Origin: Candidatus Woesearchaeota archaeon
Lineage (GTDB): Archaea > Nanobdellota > Nanobdellia > Woesearchaeales > JABGUJ01
Direction of reading: 5' to 3'
Assembly: GCA_018646625.1 (NCBI GenBank)
Contig: JABGUJ010000003.1
Span: 142,355-206,354 of the forward strand
DNA length: 64,000 nt
Part shown: piece by piece, positions 1 through 9,292 of the stretch
How the letters are laid out: every line of letters starts with the position of its first letter
Position numbering within the stretch: the stretch's first letter is position 1
Program-made: the position numbers and the translations under genes
The notes under the pieces: model-generated
Database searches by the model: none
Told to the model about the DNA's origin: nothing
The model's input: the letters and a program-made list of their open reading frames with translations, nothing else

Positions 1-1
1 A

Positions 2-295
2 CAAGAAGGTCTTGGAGAACATCTTAAAACATTAACCGTATCAAATTCTAAAGCAGTTGCAATCGACATGCCACTTAAAGCAGGAATGCATTATGCATTA
101 ATGGCAAACGGAGTAAATAGTTTAGCCGCACTCATTGTAGCATATGGTGGTGTTGCATTAATCCCCGCGACATTCAAACTAAGACATGACTTCAAAAACG
201 GATTATTTGGAAACCATAGCCCAACACTAGATGATATAATTGAACCCGCAAACGACACCGAAGATTTAAGCGGAAGAGCACACACAGGAGCTTAA
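2..295 (+). CDS. 3'-terminal fragment of a gene that begins upstream of the window (hydrophobic C-terminal region); function unknown
   Basis: The frame is open from nt 2 with no stop until 295. The track ORF 68..295 is the in-window part. The hydrophobic stretch AALIVAYGGVALIPA suggests a membrane protein. Confidence 0.3.
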   Translation, partial: QEGLGEHLKTLTVSNSKAVAIDMPLKAGMHYALMANGVNSLAALIVAYGGVALIPATFKLRHDFKNGLFGNHSPTLDDIIEPANDTEDLSGRAHTGA

Positions 296-385
296 ACACA
301 ATAATTCTCGAGTTTTTAAATAGTCACCGCGCAGTGATAAAAATAGAAACATTTATAAAGTACGGAAACGGTTAAGATAGATAAA

Positions 386-1423
386 ATGTATCAAGATCTA
401 GATGAACTTACAGCCAAAGTAAAGCGCTTTCTATTAAATTATGGTGTCTTAGATGGAGACCCCGTTTTTAATGAGATAAAAGCACAGATGACTTGCGTAA
501 ATTCTAAAGGAGAATGGGAAGAATATTACATGCAACCCCCTTTTTGGCAATTGGTTGATGTTGATACACACACTCAAAATTTTAACGCAACAGACTCAGA
601 CTTGGATAGAACCGACTACGAAGCAACCATGGAAGATCTGATAAATAGAGTTCCCGACTCAGAAGATACGGTAATAATAGACATAGGAAGTCATTATGGA
701 AACATAGGTGGCGGATATTTAGCAAAAGAAAAACCTAATTCAAAAGTAATATTAGTTTCAAAATCAGAACCCGATATTATCAAAGTATTTCCAAAATATT
801 TATTCTGGGTTCCACCAGGAACTAAACCTGATAGATTCAGACTGCTTTTCGATAGGGGACAAGAAATTGTTTCAAATGAAGCAGACATGGAAACTAGAGT
901 TAGAAAATTATACGAAGCTAATGGTATTAACAACATAAGATTTCACGAACACGCATTAGATCTAAAAGATGCAGACAGAGCAAAAGTACCTGAATTTCTT
1001 AAACAATACAGAGGAAAAAGAGTTTACATATTTACTCACAGAATTCCACGAGATATACCATTCATGGTTGGAAATTTATACAATGCAATGCACGCACAAG
1101 AAGCAATAATCAGTCCAACAGCACAAGGAAGAACAGAACCTTCATCATTCTCATGGGAAGTTATACAAAAGAACATGGGACTAAGTGATGAACAACTCAC
1201 AGGATTAATGCTCTCCACTCTAGATCCAAATGGTGGAGAAACAGAAAGATATCAATACGATAACGCAGGTAAGTACGAAGGTCAAAAAAGAGTTGGCGTA
1301 ATGATAAAACTAGGAATGGCTTTAGCACTTGCAAAAGAAATAGACGGACAAGTTTACAGAAACACAGAATTAAAAACATTAGGGTGGAACCAAATGGACC
1401 ACTACATAAAAGCAAGAAGATAA
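386..1423 (+). CDS. hypothetical protein, weak FkbM-like methyltransferase resemblance (VIIDIGSHYGNIGGGY)
   Basis: 345-aa ORF with clean coding composition. No motif is strong enough for a firm call. Confidence 0.5.
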   Translation: MYQDLDELTAKVKRFLLNYGVLDGDPVFNEIKAQMTCVNSKGEWEEYYMQPPFWQLVDVDTHTQNFNATDSDLDRTDYEATMEDLINRVPDSEDTVIIDIGSHYGNIGGGYLAKEKPNSKVILVSKSEPDIIKVFPKYLFWVPPGTKPDRFRLLFDRGQEIVSNEADMETRVRKLYEANGINNIRFHEHALDLKDADRAKVPEFLKQYRGKRVYIFTHRIPRDIPFMVGNLYNAMHAQEAIISPTAQGRTEPSSFSWEVIQKNMGLSDEQLTGLMLSTLDPNGGETERYQYDNAGKYEGQKRVGVMIKLGMALALAKEIDGQVYRNTELKTLGWNQMDHYIKARR

Positions 1424-1433
1424 AAAAAGAAAA

Positions 1434-1652
1434 CTAATTCTTAGATGCTAGCTTAACATCTCCTTCTTGAACAGTTTTCCTTCCAGAATGTTTAGCAATC
1501 CTTGATGCTTTTGTTGCAATATTCTCTGCAAATTCTTGAATTACATCTACCATTGCATCTACTGCATCCGCACTTACTCGTTTAGCACCCGCATCTAGAA
1601 TAATTCTAGCCACCGGAGCCTTTGGAACTACTCCAACTTTTCTCGTTGCCAT
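1434..1652 (-). CDS. archaeal histone (HMf-like histone fold)
   Basis: Internal Met start MATRKVGVVPKAPVARIILDAGAKRVSADAVDAM...KHSGRKTVQEGDV. The conserved GRKTV and L2/alpha3 motif match archaeal histones. The track ORF extends 26 codons further upstream, which is implausible for a 72-aa product. Confidence 0.8.
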   Translation of the reverse strand: MATRKVGVVPKAPVARIILDAGAKRVSADAVDAMVDVIQEFAENIATKASRIAKHSGRKTVQEGDVKLASKN

Positions 1653-1805
1653 GATAATACCCCCATAACGGTTGTAACCTTTACTAAACATCCAAGAAAC
1701 GCTCTTTATAAACTTTTCTGTGAGAAACAAGCTCTTTAGCCTCTAAAAAGCAAGAAAAGCAATAAACAAGCCCCAAAACAAAATTCAACAAAAAGAGTTA
1801 CAAAA

Positions 1806-1813
1806 ATTTATAT
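1806..1813 (+). promoter_or_regulatory. TATA-box-like element (tttatata) about 25 nt upstream of the gltX ATG, suggesting a near-leaderless archaeal promoter
   Basis: The archaeal TATA consensus TTTAWATA is seen directly in sequence. The spacing is consistent with a TSS at or near the start codon. Confidence 0.35.
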
Positions 1814-1837
1814 AAGAACTCTATAAAAGAAATCAAC

Positions 1838-3526
1838 ATGGTTTACAAAGATATCGTACGAAAATTCGCATTAGAAAACGCTTCAAAGTTCAACGGTAAA
1901 GCCAACCCTGGAAAAATTATTGGCAAAGTTATTGGAGAGAATCCAGAGTTTAAAGATAAACTAAAAGATATCAAACAAGATATTCTAGACATAGTAAACG
2001 AAGTAAACAAATTATCCGTAGAAGAACAAATTGAAGAACTAAAAAGAATCGCACCAGAACTACTAGAAAAGAAACCGGTAGAAAAGAAAACGGATCTTAA
2101 AGATTTAGAGAACGCAGAAGATGGTAAAGTAGTGATGCGTTTTGAGCCTTCTCCCTCAGGCCCAATGCACATAGGACATTCTTACGTATTTGGCTTAAAC
2201 TATCTTTATGCAAAAAAATACAACGGAAAATTAATCTTAAGAATATCAGATACTAATCCTGAGAATATTTACGAACCTTCTTACAACTTAATCAAAGAAG
2301 ATGGTGCTTGGTTAACCAACCACAGTATTACAGAGTTCATGATTCAATCAGAAAGGTTACAACTATACTACGATTACGCTTTAAAGTTAATAGAAGAAGG
2401 ACACGCATACATTTGTGAGTGTGACTCAGAAGAATTCAGATCATTAATACAGAAATGCGAGCCATGCCCTTGCAGAGAACTTCCGATAGAAGAACAATCA
2501 AAACGTTGGAGAAAAATGTTTGAGGGATACGCAGAAGGAGATGCAGTTTTTAGAATTAAAACCGACATCAAAGATAAGAATCCTGCAATGAGAGACTTCC
2601 CCGCATTAAGAATCAACGAATCAGAACATCCTAAACAAGGTAAAAAGTTTAGAGTTTGGCCTTTGATGAATTTCTCAGTAGCTATCGACGATGCAGAATC
2701 CGGCGTTACACACACACTAAGAGGTAAAGATCACGCAGACAATGCAAAAAGACAAGCAATTATACACGAATACCTTAATCACAAGACTCCAATTGCAATC
2801 TCAGTTGGAAGAATAAACTTCGAAGGATTTCCAGTTTCATGTTCAAAAACCAAACCATTAATTGAAGATGGCACATATTCTGGTTGGGATGACATTAGAA
2901 TTCCATTCTTACCTGCATTAAAACGCAGAGGCATACAACCTGAAGCACTATTAAGATACTGTATAGAAGTTGGTGTAACAAGAAACGATAAATCTGTACA
3001 TATTGATGAGTTCTTTAAAACAATTCACGCATTTAACAAAGAGATTATTGATCCTAACGCTAACAGATACTTCTTTGTTGCAGATCCTGTTAAAATAACA
3101 ATACAAGACGCACCAAATAAAACAGTAGAAATGGATCTACATCCTGACAATAAGAAAAGTGGTAGAACATTCAATTGTAAAGATTCATACTTCATAGCTA
3201 AAGAAGATTATAACTGTATACAAGATGGCGAAGAAGTAAGATTAAGAGATTGCTTAAACTTCAAGAAACAAGGAGAAGAGTTCATCTATACGTCATCCGA
3301 ACATGATAAATTCTCAGGAAAGAAGCTAATACATTGGATACCTGAAGAAGAAAACTATCATGAAGCAGAAGTATTAATGCACAACAACACAACTGTTAAA
3401 GGAATTGTAGAAAGAGAAATCGAGAAGCTCCAAGACGGCGGAGTTTGCCAATTTGAACGTTTCGGCTTTGTAAGATTAGATTCTTCTGATCAAAACCACT
3501 ACAAATTATGGTTTACCCATAAGTAA
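1838..3526 (+). CDS. gltX: glutamyl-tRNA synthetase, archaeal/eukaryal-type class I (GlxRS)
   Basis: HIGH motif in PSPSGPMHIGHS. The 562-aa length and overall architecture are typical of archaeal GluRS. The catalytic domain is followed by a long anticodon-binding extension. Confidence 0.9.
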   Translation: MVYKDIVRKFALENASKFNGKANPGKIIGKVIGENPEFKDKLKDIKQDILDIVNEVNKLSVEEQIEELKRIAPELLEKKPVEKKTDLKDLENAEDGKVVMRFEPSPSGPMHIGHSYVFGLNYLYAKKYNGKLILRISDTNPENIYEPSYNLIKEDGAWLTNHSITEFMIQSERLQLYYDYALKLIEEGHAYICECDSEEFRSLIQKCEPCPCRELPIEEQSKRWRKMFEGYAEGDAVFRIKTDIKDKNPAMRDFPALRINESEHPKQGKKFRVWPLMNFSVAIDDAESGVTHTLRGKDHADNAKRQAIIHEYLNHKTPIAISVGRINFEGFPVSCSKTKPLIEDGTYSGWDDIRIPFLPALKRRGIQPEALLRYCIEVGVTRNDKSVHIDEFFKTIHAFNKEIIDPNANRYFFVADPVKITIQDAPNKTVEMDLHPDNKKSGRTFNCKDSYFIAKEDYNCIQDGEEVRLRDCLNFKKQGEEFIYTSSEHDKFSGKKLIHWIPEEENYHEAEVLMHNNTTVKGIVEREIEKLQDGGVCQFERFGFVRLDSSDQNHYKLWFTHK

Positions 3527-3649
3527 CGAATTCTGGCATTTTAGCGCTTGAAACCCCTAAATTATAGAAAGGTTTATATAGTAGCAAATGGTTAAACAGG
3601 CCATACGCGTAATATTCATGCGTTATAGAAGATATGAGGTGGTTATACC

Positions 3650-4006
3650 ATGAGTTTAGTAGTAAAAGCAAAAATAAAAGACGTAGCAAAAGGCCATAAT
3701 GTTGCAGGAGACTTCGCAGAAGCACTTAGTGACAAAGTAAAGTCCTTAATTGATGACGCTGTTAAAAGAGCAGATGGAAACGGTAGAAGAACTGTAATGG
3801 CAAAAGATGTTGCACATTTCTTCGGTGCTGGTAAAGCTGCTGAAAACCTAGTTGTTAAAGCTGCAGTTAAAGATTCAATCAAAGGCGCAAATGTAGCTGG
3901 AGATCTTGCAGAAGCTCTAAATAACGTTGCAAACTGGCTTGTAAAAGTTGCTTGCGAAAGAGCAGACGCTAACGGCAGAAAAACTGTTATGGCTAAAGAC
4001 TTGTAA
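3650..4006 (+). CDS. single-chain tandem (doublet) histone-fold protein
   Basis: Two internal repeats of about 55 aa each end in NGRRTVMAKDV and NGRKTVMAKDL (histone R-T pair motif). A GAGGTGG Shine-Dalgarno lies 7 nt upstream. Confidence 0.55.
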   Translation: MSLVVKAKIKDVAKGHNVAGDFAEALSDKVKSLIDDAVKRADGNGRRTVMAKDVAHFFGAGKAAENLVVKAAVKDSIKGANVAGDLAEALNNVANWLVKVACERADANGRKTVMAKDL

Positions 4007-4012
4007 TTAAGT

Positions 4013-4046
4013 CTTTTTTTCTTTTCTTTTTTCTATTTCTTAAGAA
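4013..4046 (+). terminator. oligo-T tract (archaeal intrinsic terminator-like) after the doublet histone gene
   Basis: tctttttttcttttcttttttctatttctt immediately follows the TAA stop. Confidence 0.4.
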
Positions 4047-4101
4047 TTACTTGTTCTATCTAACAAAAACACATATAAACAATATTACAAAACCTAACAA
4101 C

Positions 4102-4620
4102 ATGAAAATACTTGTAGGTTCTAAGAATCCAGTAAAGATTGAATCTGTTAAGGAAGCATTTGCTAAATTATACGAGAATATAGAAGTAGAAGGCATTAGC
4201 GTCGAATCTAACGTTCCGGATCAACCGCTAAACAAAGAAACATTTGAAGGCGCAAGAAACAGAGCTTTAGAATTAAGAAAACTACAATCTGATGCAGACT
4301 TTTTCGTAGGCATAGAAGGCGGAATTGCAGATATCTGCGGAACATGGTTCTCATTCGGTGCAGTACACATCATAAATAAAGATGGAAAAGAAGGAAAAGG
4401 TACATCTCCGCACTTTCTACTACCAGATAAAGTAATCAAGAGACTTCAACAACGAGAAGAGCTAGGCATCATCATGGACGAGATCACTAAAGAATCTAAC
4501 ACCAAACAAAAAGGAGGAGCAATCGGATTCTTTACAAACGGGGTAATGACCAGAAAAGAGCTATATGTTGGCGGAATAATTACCGCATTAATCCCATTTC
4601 AACATCCAAACTTATTCTAG
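4102..4620 (+). CDS. inosine/xanthosine triphosphatase, YjjX family non-canonical NTPase
   Basis: Strong match to the E. coli YjjX pattern: MKILVGSKNPVKI, SVESNVPDQP, GARNRA, GGAIGFFT, ALIPF. Start taken at the internal MKIL rather than the track start. Confidence 0.8.
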   Translation: MKILVGSKNPVKIESVKEAFAKLYENIEVEGISVESNVPDQPLNKETFEGARNRALELRKLQSDADFFVGIEGGIADICGTWFSFGAVHIINKDGKEGKGTSPHFLLPDKVIKRLQQREELGIIMDEITKESNTKQKGGAIGFFTNGVMTRKELYVGGIITALIPFQHPNLF

Positions 4621-4644
4621 ACACTGGTCACTGGACAAACCCGT

Positions 4645-5805
4645 GTGAGCTTTTTAAACTATTTACACTCTCAATTCTATATGGACGTATTAGAAAAAGT
4701 AAAGATTCTAGGTGATGCAGGAAAATGGGATGCTTGTGCCAGTTCAGCATCAAATAGAAAAGTCACGACCAAAGACAGAATAGGAGATGCCTCCGCATGC
4801 GGTATCTGTCATTCATTCACAGAAAACGGAAGATGCATATCCTTATTCAAAACATTAATGACAAACAGTTGTAAATTCGATTGTAAATACTGCCAAAACT
4901 CAACACATTGCGAAAGAAAAAAAACCACACAATACAAACCTGAAGAACTCGCAAAAGTATTCATGAATCTTTACGTAAAGAATTACGTAGAAGGATTATT
5001 TCTATCATCAGGTATTGTAAAGAACCCAGATGAAACTACAGAAAACATGCTTGAAGCTATTAATCTTATAAGAAACAAATACAAATTTCAAGGCTATGTA
5101 CATTTCAAAGTATTACCTGGAACAAACCGAGACTTAATCAAACAAGCTAATGAAACAGCAGACAGATTATCAATAAACTTAGAAGCACCTAATCACTCTA
5201 GACTAAGCGAAATAAGCGACATTAAAGATTACAAAATTGACATTCTAAGAAGACAATCATACATTAAACATCTAAACCCCGTAGCTGGACAAACAACCCA
5301 ACTAGTAGTTGGAGGAAGTGATGAAACAGATTATGAAATTCTGAAAATGATAGACTGGGAATATGAAAATATGAAATTAAAACGAGCATACTATTCGGCC
5401 TTCACCCCAATTCAGAAAACCCCATTAGAATTCAAAGACAAGACCCCATTACAAAGAGAACACAAACTCTACCAAGTTGATTTCATGATGAGACAATACG
5501 ATATTAAACTTAGAGAATTCAGAGACATAATGGCAAACGGAGATTTACCAAAAGGCGATCCAAAAGTACATCTTGCAAGAGAACGGTTTGACAAACCAAT
5601 AGACATTAACGAAGCTTGCTACGAAGATGTAATCAGAATCCCAGGCATAGGACCGCAAGGGGCACAAAAGATAATGTCACTACAACATACAGGACAAAAA
5701 ATAACAAAAAGAATACAACTTCATTCTATGGGAATAGTGCTCAAGAGAGCAGAACCATTCATCAAAATAAACGGACATTCACAACAAACACTAACAGCAT
5801 ACTAA
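4645..5805 (+). CDS. radical SAM protein with C-terminal helix-hairpin-helix, putative DNA modification/repair radical SAM family
   Basis: CKFDCKYC is a CxxxCxxC radical-SAM cluster motif. The C-terminal IRIPGIGPQGAQKI is a HhH DNA-binding motif. The architecture matches the TIGR03916-type family. Confidence 0.7.
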   Translation: MSFLNYLHSQFYMDVLEKVKILGDAGKWDACASSASNRKVTTKDRIGDASACGICHSFTENGRCISLFKTLMTNSCKFDCKYCQNSTHCERKKTTQYKPEELAKVFMNLYVKNYVEGLFLSSGIVKNPDETTENMLEAINLIRNKYKFQGYVHFKVLPGTNRDLIKQANETADRLSINLEAPNHSRLSEISDIKDYKIDILRRQSYIKHLNPVAGQTTQLVVGGSDETDYEILKMIDWEYENMKLKRAYYSAFTPIQKTPLEFKDKTPLQREHKLYQVDFMMRQYDIKLREFRDIMANGDLPKGDPKVHLARERFDKPIDINEACYEDVIRIPGIGPQGAQKIMSLQHTGQKITKRIQLHSMGIVLKRAEPFIKINGHSQQTLTAY

Positions 5806-5806
5806 A

Positions 5807-6412
5807 ATGAAACATATTAATCCAAAAATCGCAGATCTATTCGATGCAGCACACAGACATAAAGAATATTCTCAAGAACTTCTAAGTTCAGTTATGCAAC
5901 AAGATTATAATCTAGTAAAAAACAATGCAACCCCTGAAGCCAAGAAGTTATTCAGAATGCAAAGCGGCGTACTAAAGTATTTTCACCTCAAAAGATGCTT
6001 CATGCGCTTAGAATTCTCAAAACACGGCATACTATATTGTAAGACAGAACTAGAACACAAAGTTGTTGACATGCTTCTTAGCTTCTTCCACAAACGATTT
6101 CCAATATTTCACATCGCAATCCAATACAAAGACAAAACCTATGTTATTAACACCAAAGGCCAAATGCAGATAGTAAAAGCCAATATGAATGATACAATAA
6201 AACAGTTAGAACGAAAACTACCACTTAATGATCTTCTCTCAGATCTAGATATGGAAGAAAGCCTATGGGAAGACTACTACAACTCTCAATATATTAAAGA
6301 AAGAAGAAATGTAAAACTAATGAATCAGATGATGCCTTTAAAATACAGAGATCAAGATCACATAGAATCAACAGTTGTTAAAAGATGTCAAAAACTCACA
6401 GACTTCATGTAA
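5807..6412 (+). CDS. hypothetical protein, possible DUF4130-type partner of the DNA-modification radical SAM protein
   Basis: Starts 2 nt after the radical SAM stop, indicating an operon. The call rests on this gene-neighbourhood inference and has no sequence-motif proof. Confidence 0.4.
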   Translation: MKHINPKIADLFDAAHRHKEYSQELLSSVMQQDYNLVKNNATPEAKKLFRMQSGVLKYFHLKRCFMRLEFSKHGILYCKTELEHKVVDMLLSFFHKRFPIFHIAIQYKDKTYVINTKGQMQIVKANMNDTIKQLERKLPLNDLLSDLDMEESLWEDYYNSQYIKERRNVKLMNQMMPLKYRDQDHIESTVVKRCQKLTDFM

Positions 6413-6436
6413 TAAGGTTAATTAAAAAAGAAAAAA

Positions 6437-7585
6437 TCAGATCTGTTCCCAGATCTCTTCACCGTCAGAATCAAAGTAGTGCAGTCCTAAAGATGACAGA
6501 ACATCGCCATTCTCATCAAAGCTAACAGTACCCGCAGCACCCTCCCAGTCTTCAACAGAGTAAAGAAAGTTCTTAAGGCACTCTACTTCATCTCCACTAC
6601 AACTTTCGATTGCATCTTTAATCAAATACAAAGCGTCATAGGAACTAGCCACAAAGAAGTAATCAGTTTGCGGATTCTGTTCATACTTTGTATTATATTC
6701 TTGAAGCATCTTCGCAGTTTGCCATCTTGCAGGATCAACATACGGCCCAACAGTAAATGCACCCGCAGACAATCCATTAGTTTCATCAAAAACCTTTTGG
6801 TTTGCACCAACAACGTTAGCTATAAGTTCATATTCATCTAACATTCCCAGTTCAGCCAATTGCCTATAGTACAAGATTGCATCATCCTCACCATGAGATG
6901 AAAAAAGTATTGCATCCACCCCACTCTCACTTATCTTCAACAATCTCGATCTAAAATCAGTCTCATCCGAATAATATGCCTGCACAGTCACAATCTCTCC
7001 GCCAAGGTCTTCAAAACTTTTTGCAAAAGATAGATACACAGACATTGGAAAGTCTAATTGCTCATAAACCACAGCAACACTCCGTACGCCCTTAACATTG
7101 TAAGCATACTCTGCTAATCTAAACGCATAGTAATCACTTGAAGGCATATTTCTAAAACTGTAATCTCCAGAGTCAGTAAAATCCTTCGAAGAAGTTATTG
7201 ATGCAAACTGTAAAATTTTATTATCATTTGCAATAGGCGCAATAGCTAAACTTTCAGTACTACAGTGCCCGCCAAGTATTACATTAACATCATCCATATG
7301 TATTAATTTATTAGCTGCGTTTGTTGCAAGCTTCGCGTTACATGCGCCATCTTCAACTATTAACTCAATCTGTCTACCCAATATGCCGCCTTCTGCATTA
7401 ATTTGTTCTGAAGCCATAATTGCTGCTTTAGCAGCAGGCAAACCATAAGTTGCTGCACTTCCAGTCATTGGACTAATAAAACCAATCTTAATCACATCTT
7501 CTTTTACAACTTCACCAGTCAATTGACCAGTACACCCAGTTAGTAAAATCACTAACAAAGCTACCGCTATAATCATCTTTTTCAT
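6437..7585 (-). CDS. ABC-type branched-chain amino acid (Leu/Ile/Val)-binding lipoprotein, LivJ/periplasmic binding protein type I family
   Basis: Signal peptide plus lipobox (LLTGCTGQ). Family-typical length of 382 aa and motifs, for example GYSSDT-like YYSDETDFRSRLLKI. Confidence 0.75.
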   Translation of the reverse strand: MKKMIIAVALLVILLTGCTGQLTGEVVKEDVIKIGFISPMTGSAATYGLPAAKAAIMASEQINAEGGILGRQIELIVEDGACNAKLATNAANKLIHMDDVNVILGGHCSTESLAIAPIANDNKILQFASITSSKDFTDSGDYSFRNMPSSDYYAFRLAEYAYNVKGVRSVAVVYEQLDFPMSVYLSFAKSFEDLGGEIVTVQAYYSDETDFRSRLLKISESGVDAILFSSHGEDDAILYYRQLAELGMLDEYELIANVVGANQKVFDETNGLSAGAFTVGPYVDPARWQTAKMLQEYNTKYEQNPQTDYFFVASSYDALYLIKDAIESCSGDEVECLKNFLYSVEDWEGAAGTVSFDENGDVLSSLGLHYFDSDGEEIWEQI

Positions 7586-7719
7586 TTTCTAGCCACCTCA
7601 TAATTAAAGTTTAATTCACTATATAGTGACTAATAGAGAAACCAGATAATAAAACCATTCACTAGTTTTTTACTCAAAATAACAAAGCTTTTAAATAAAA
7701 CAGAGATATAATAAACAAA

Positions 7720-8691
7720 ATGCATAAATTAGACGTTAAAGACCTCAAGATCATCAGAGAGCTAGAATTAGATGCAAGACAGCCCATATCACAAATTGCA
7801 AAGAATGTAGGGCTATCGAAAGAAGTTACAAACTACAGACTAAAACGAATTCTAAACAACAAAATAACAACAAGGCCTTTCGTGTTAGTAGATTTTGGAA
7901 AACTAGGCATTTCAACATACAGAATATATCTAAAACTTGAAAACGTAACACCAGAAAAAGAAAAAGAAATATTTGAATTTCTTAAAGAAGAACAGCCCGT
8001 ACAATGGATCGGATTCTACAACGGACCATGGGACATAATAATGCGACTAAGTGCAAGAAACAGCGTAGAACTGGAAAACACAATATCTCGCTGGTTAGAA
8101 AAATACGGACAATACATCGCAGCAAAAGAAATTGTACTTTCAACACACCATTCAGTACAACCAGCAACTTACCTTTATCCAGAATATAAACCAGAAAAAG
8201 CACCTCACTATAGATTCGAAGATGACAAACCAAAAGTACTAGACGAAAAAGACTTCAAAATTCTAAAGGAACTGGAAAATAATTCACGAACACCCACAAT
8301 AGAAATTGCAAAAAAAATAGGTTTATCCGCAAACGCAACTTCCGAAAGAATAAAACGACTAGAAAAAGAAGAAATAATCCGAAGATACTGTTGCTTCATC
8401 AATTCAAGAGCAATAGGTCACCAATACAATCACGTCCTATTCAAACTACACCTGGCAAACAAAACAAAGACACAATCATTGATCAATTACTGCCTGCAAC
8501 ACCCAAATGTCTTCGTCGTCGTCTCAGTAATCGGAGCATGGGATTTTGAACTAAGCATATCAACAAAAGACGCACAAGAATTCCATAAAGTAATGAGAGA
8601 AATAACAAAAGATTATTTTTCAGTAATAAAAGAATACCAATACGCGACTGAAGTTGAGAACTATCCTCGAAACCCTTTCAAGAATATCTAG
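7720..8691 (+). CDS. tandem-duplicated Lrp/AsnC-family transcriptional regulator (two HTH_AsnC-like modules in one chain)
   Basis: First module: LKIIRELELDARQPISQIAKNVGLSKEVTNYRLKRI. Second module: FKILKELENNSRTPTIEIAKKIGLSANATSERIKRLEKEEII. Confidence 0.7.
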   Translation: MHKLDVKDLKIIRELELDARQPISQIAKNVGLSKEVTNYRLKRILNNKITTRPFVLVDFGKLGISTYRIYLKLENVTPEKEKEIFEFLKEEQPVQWIGFYNGPWDIIMRLSARNSVELENTISRWLEKYGQYIAAKEIVLSTHHSVQPATYLYPEYKPEKAPHYRFEDDKPKVLDEKDFKILKELENNSRTPTIEIAKKIGLSANATSERIKRLEKEEIIRRYCCFINSRAIGHQYNHVLFKLHLANKTKTQSLINYCLQHPNVFVVVSVIGAWDFELSISTKDAQEFHKVMREITKDYFSVIKEYQYATEVENYPRNPFKNI

Positions 8692-8699
8692 AAGAATAA

Positions 8700-9170
8700 T
8701 TACTTACGTTTCTTAACATCCCTACTATGTATAGCAATCAAAGATTGAGTTTTCTCAACACCTTCAACTAATTGCAATTTACCTAACAGAATATCATCAA
8801 ACTCAGAAACATCTTTAACCCTAACAACTGCAACAATATCCGTTCCTCCAGAAACAATATCTACCCGTTCAACAAAATAGAATTTACGTAATTTCTCAGC
8901 AATATCATATTGAGTCTTCTTCTGCCGTTTCAAAACACCCAGATTAACAGAAACCAGAATATAAGATAAAAAACCTTTACCCACCTTAGAAGGATCAACA
9001 TCCACCGTAAACTTACGAATAATCCCTTCAGACTTTAATTTCCTAATCCTGTTGTGAATCGTAGTAGGAGGCAACAAAGTTTTCTTAGCAATCTGCCTAG
9101 TAGTATAATCCCCGTTTTCTTTCAATACATCCAATATAGCCAGATCCTTATCATCCATATCGTAAACCAT
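8700..9170 (-). CDS. asnC: Lrp/AsnC family transcriptional regulator
   Basis: HTH plus RAM-domain layout: DLAILDVLKENGDYTTRQIAKKTLLPPTTIHNRIRKLKSEGIIRKFTVDVDPSKVG. It lies divergent to asnA, as in E. coli. Confidence 0.8.
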   Translation of the reverse strand: MVYDMDDKDLAILDVLKENGDYTTRQIAKKTLLPPTTIHNRIRKLKSEGIIRKFTVDVDPSKVGKGFLSYILVSVNLGVLKRQKKTQYDIAEKLRKFYFVERVDIVSGGTDIVAVVRVKDVSEFDDILLGKLQLVEGVEKTQSLIAIHSRDVKKRK

Positions 9171-9278
9171 AATGGAACATATGTTCCAGATATTATATAA
9201 ATCTACCTATTTTTAGCAATAAACCCCATAACAATCAGAATAATAATATAAAGCAGCAACACCTAGATAATTCCAGGT

Positions 9279-9284
9279 TGGAGG
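9279..9284 (+). promoter_or_regulatory. Shine-Dalgarno (GGAGGT) for asnA
   Basis: ggaggt lies 8 nt upstream of the ATG at 9293. Confidence 0.5.
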
Positions 9285-9292
9285 TAGTAAAA

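Noticed and set aside
6419-6462. Paired BglII-like palindromes (cagatctg ... cagatctc) downstream of 5807..6412
   Set aside because: These short self-palindromic hexamers could form a weak hairpin between convergent genes. Two 6-mers are not significant on their own.
9278-9292. Track start (TTG) for asnA at 9278
   Set aside because: An ATG at 9293 with a GGAGGT SD 8 nt upstream is a more credible start. The TTG would place the SD inside the coding region.
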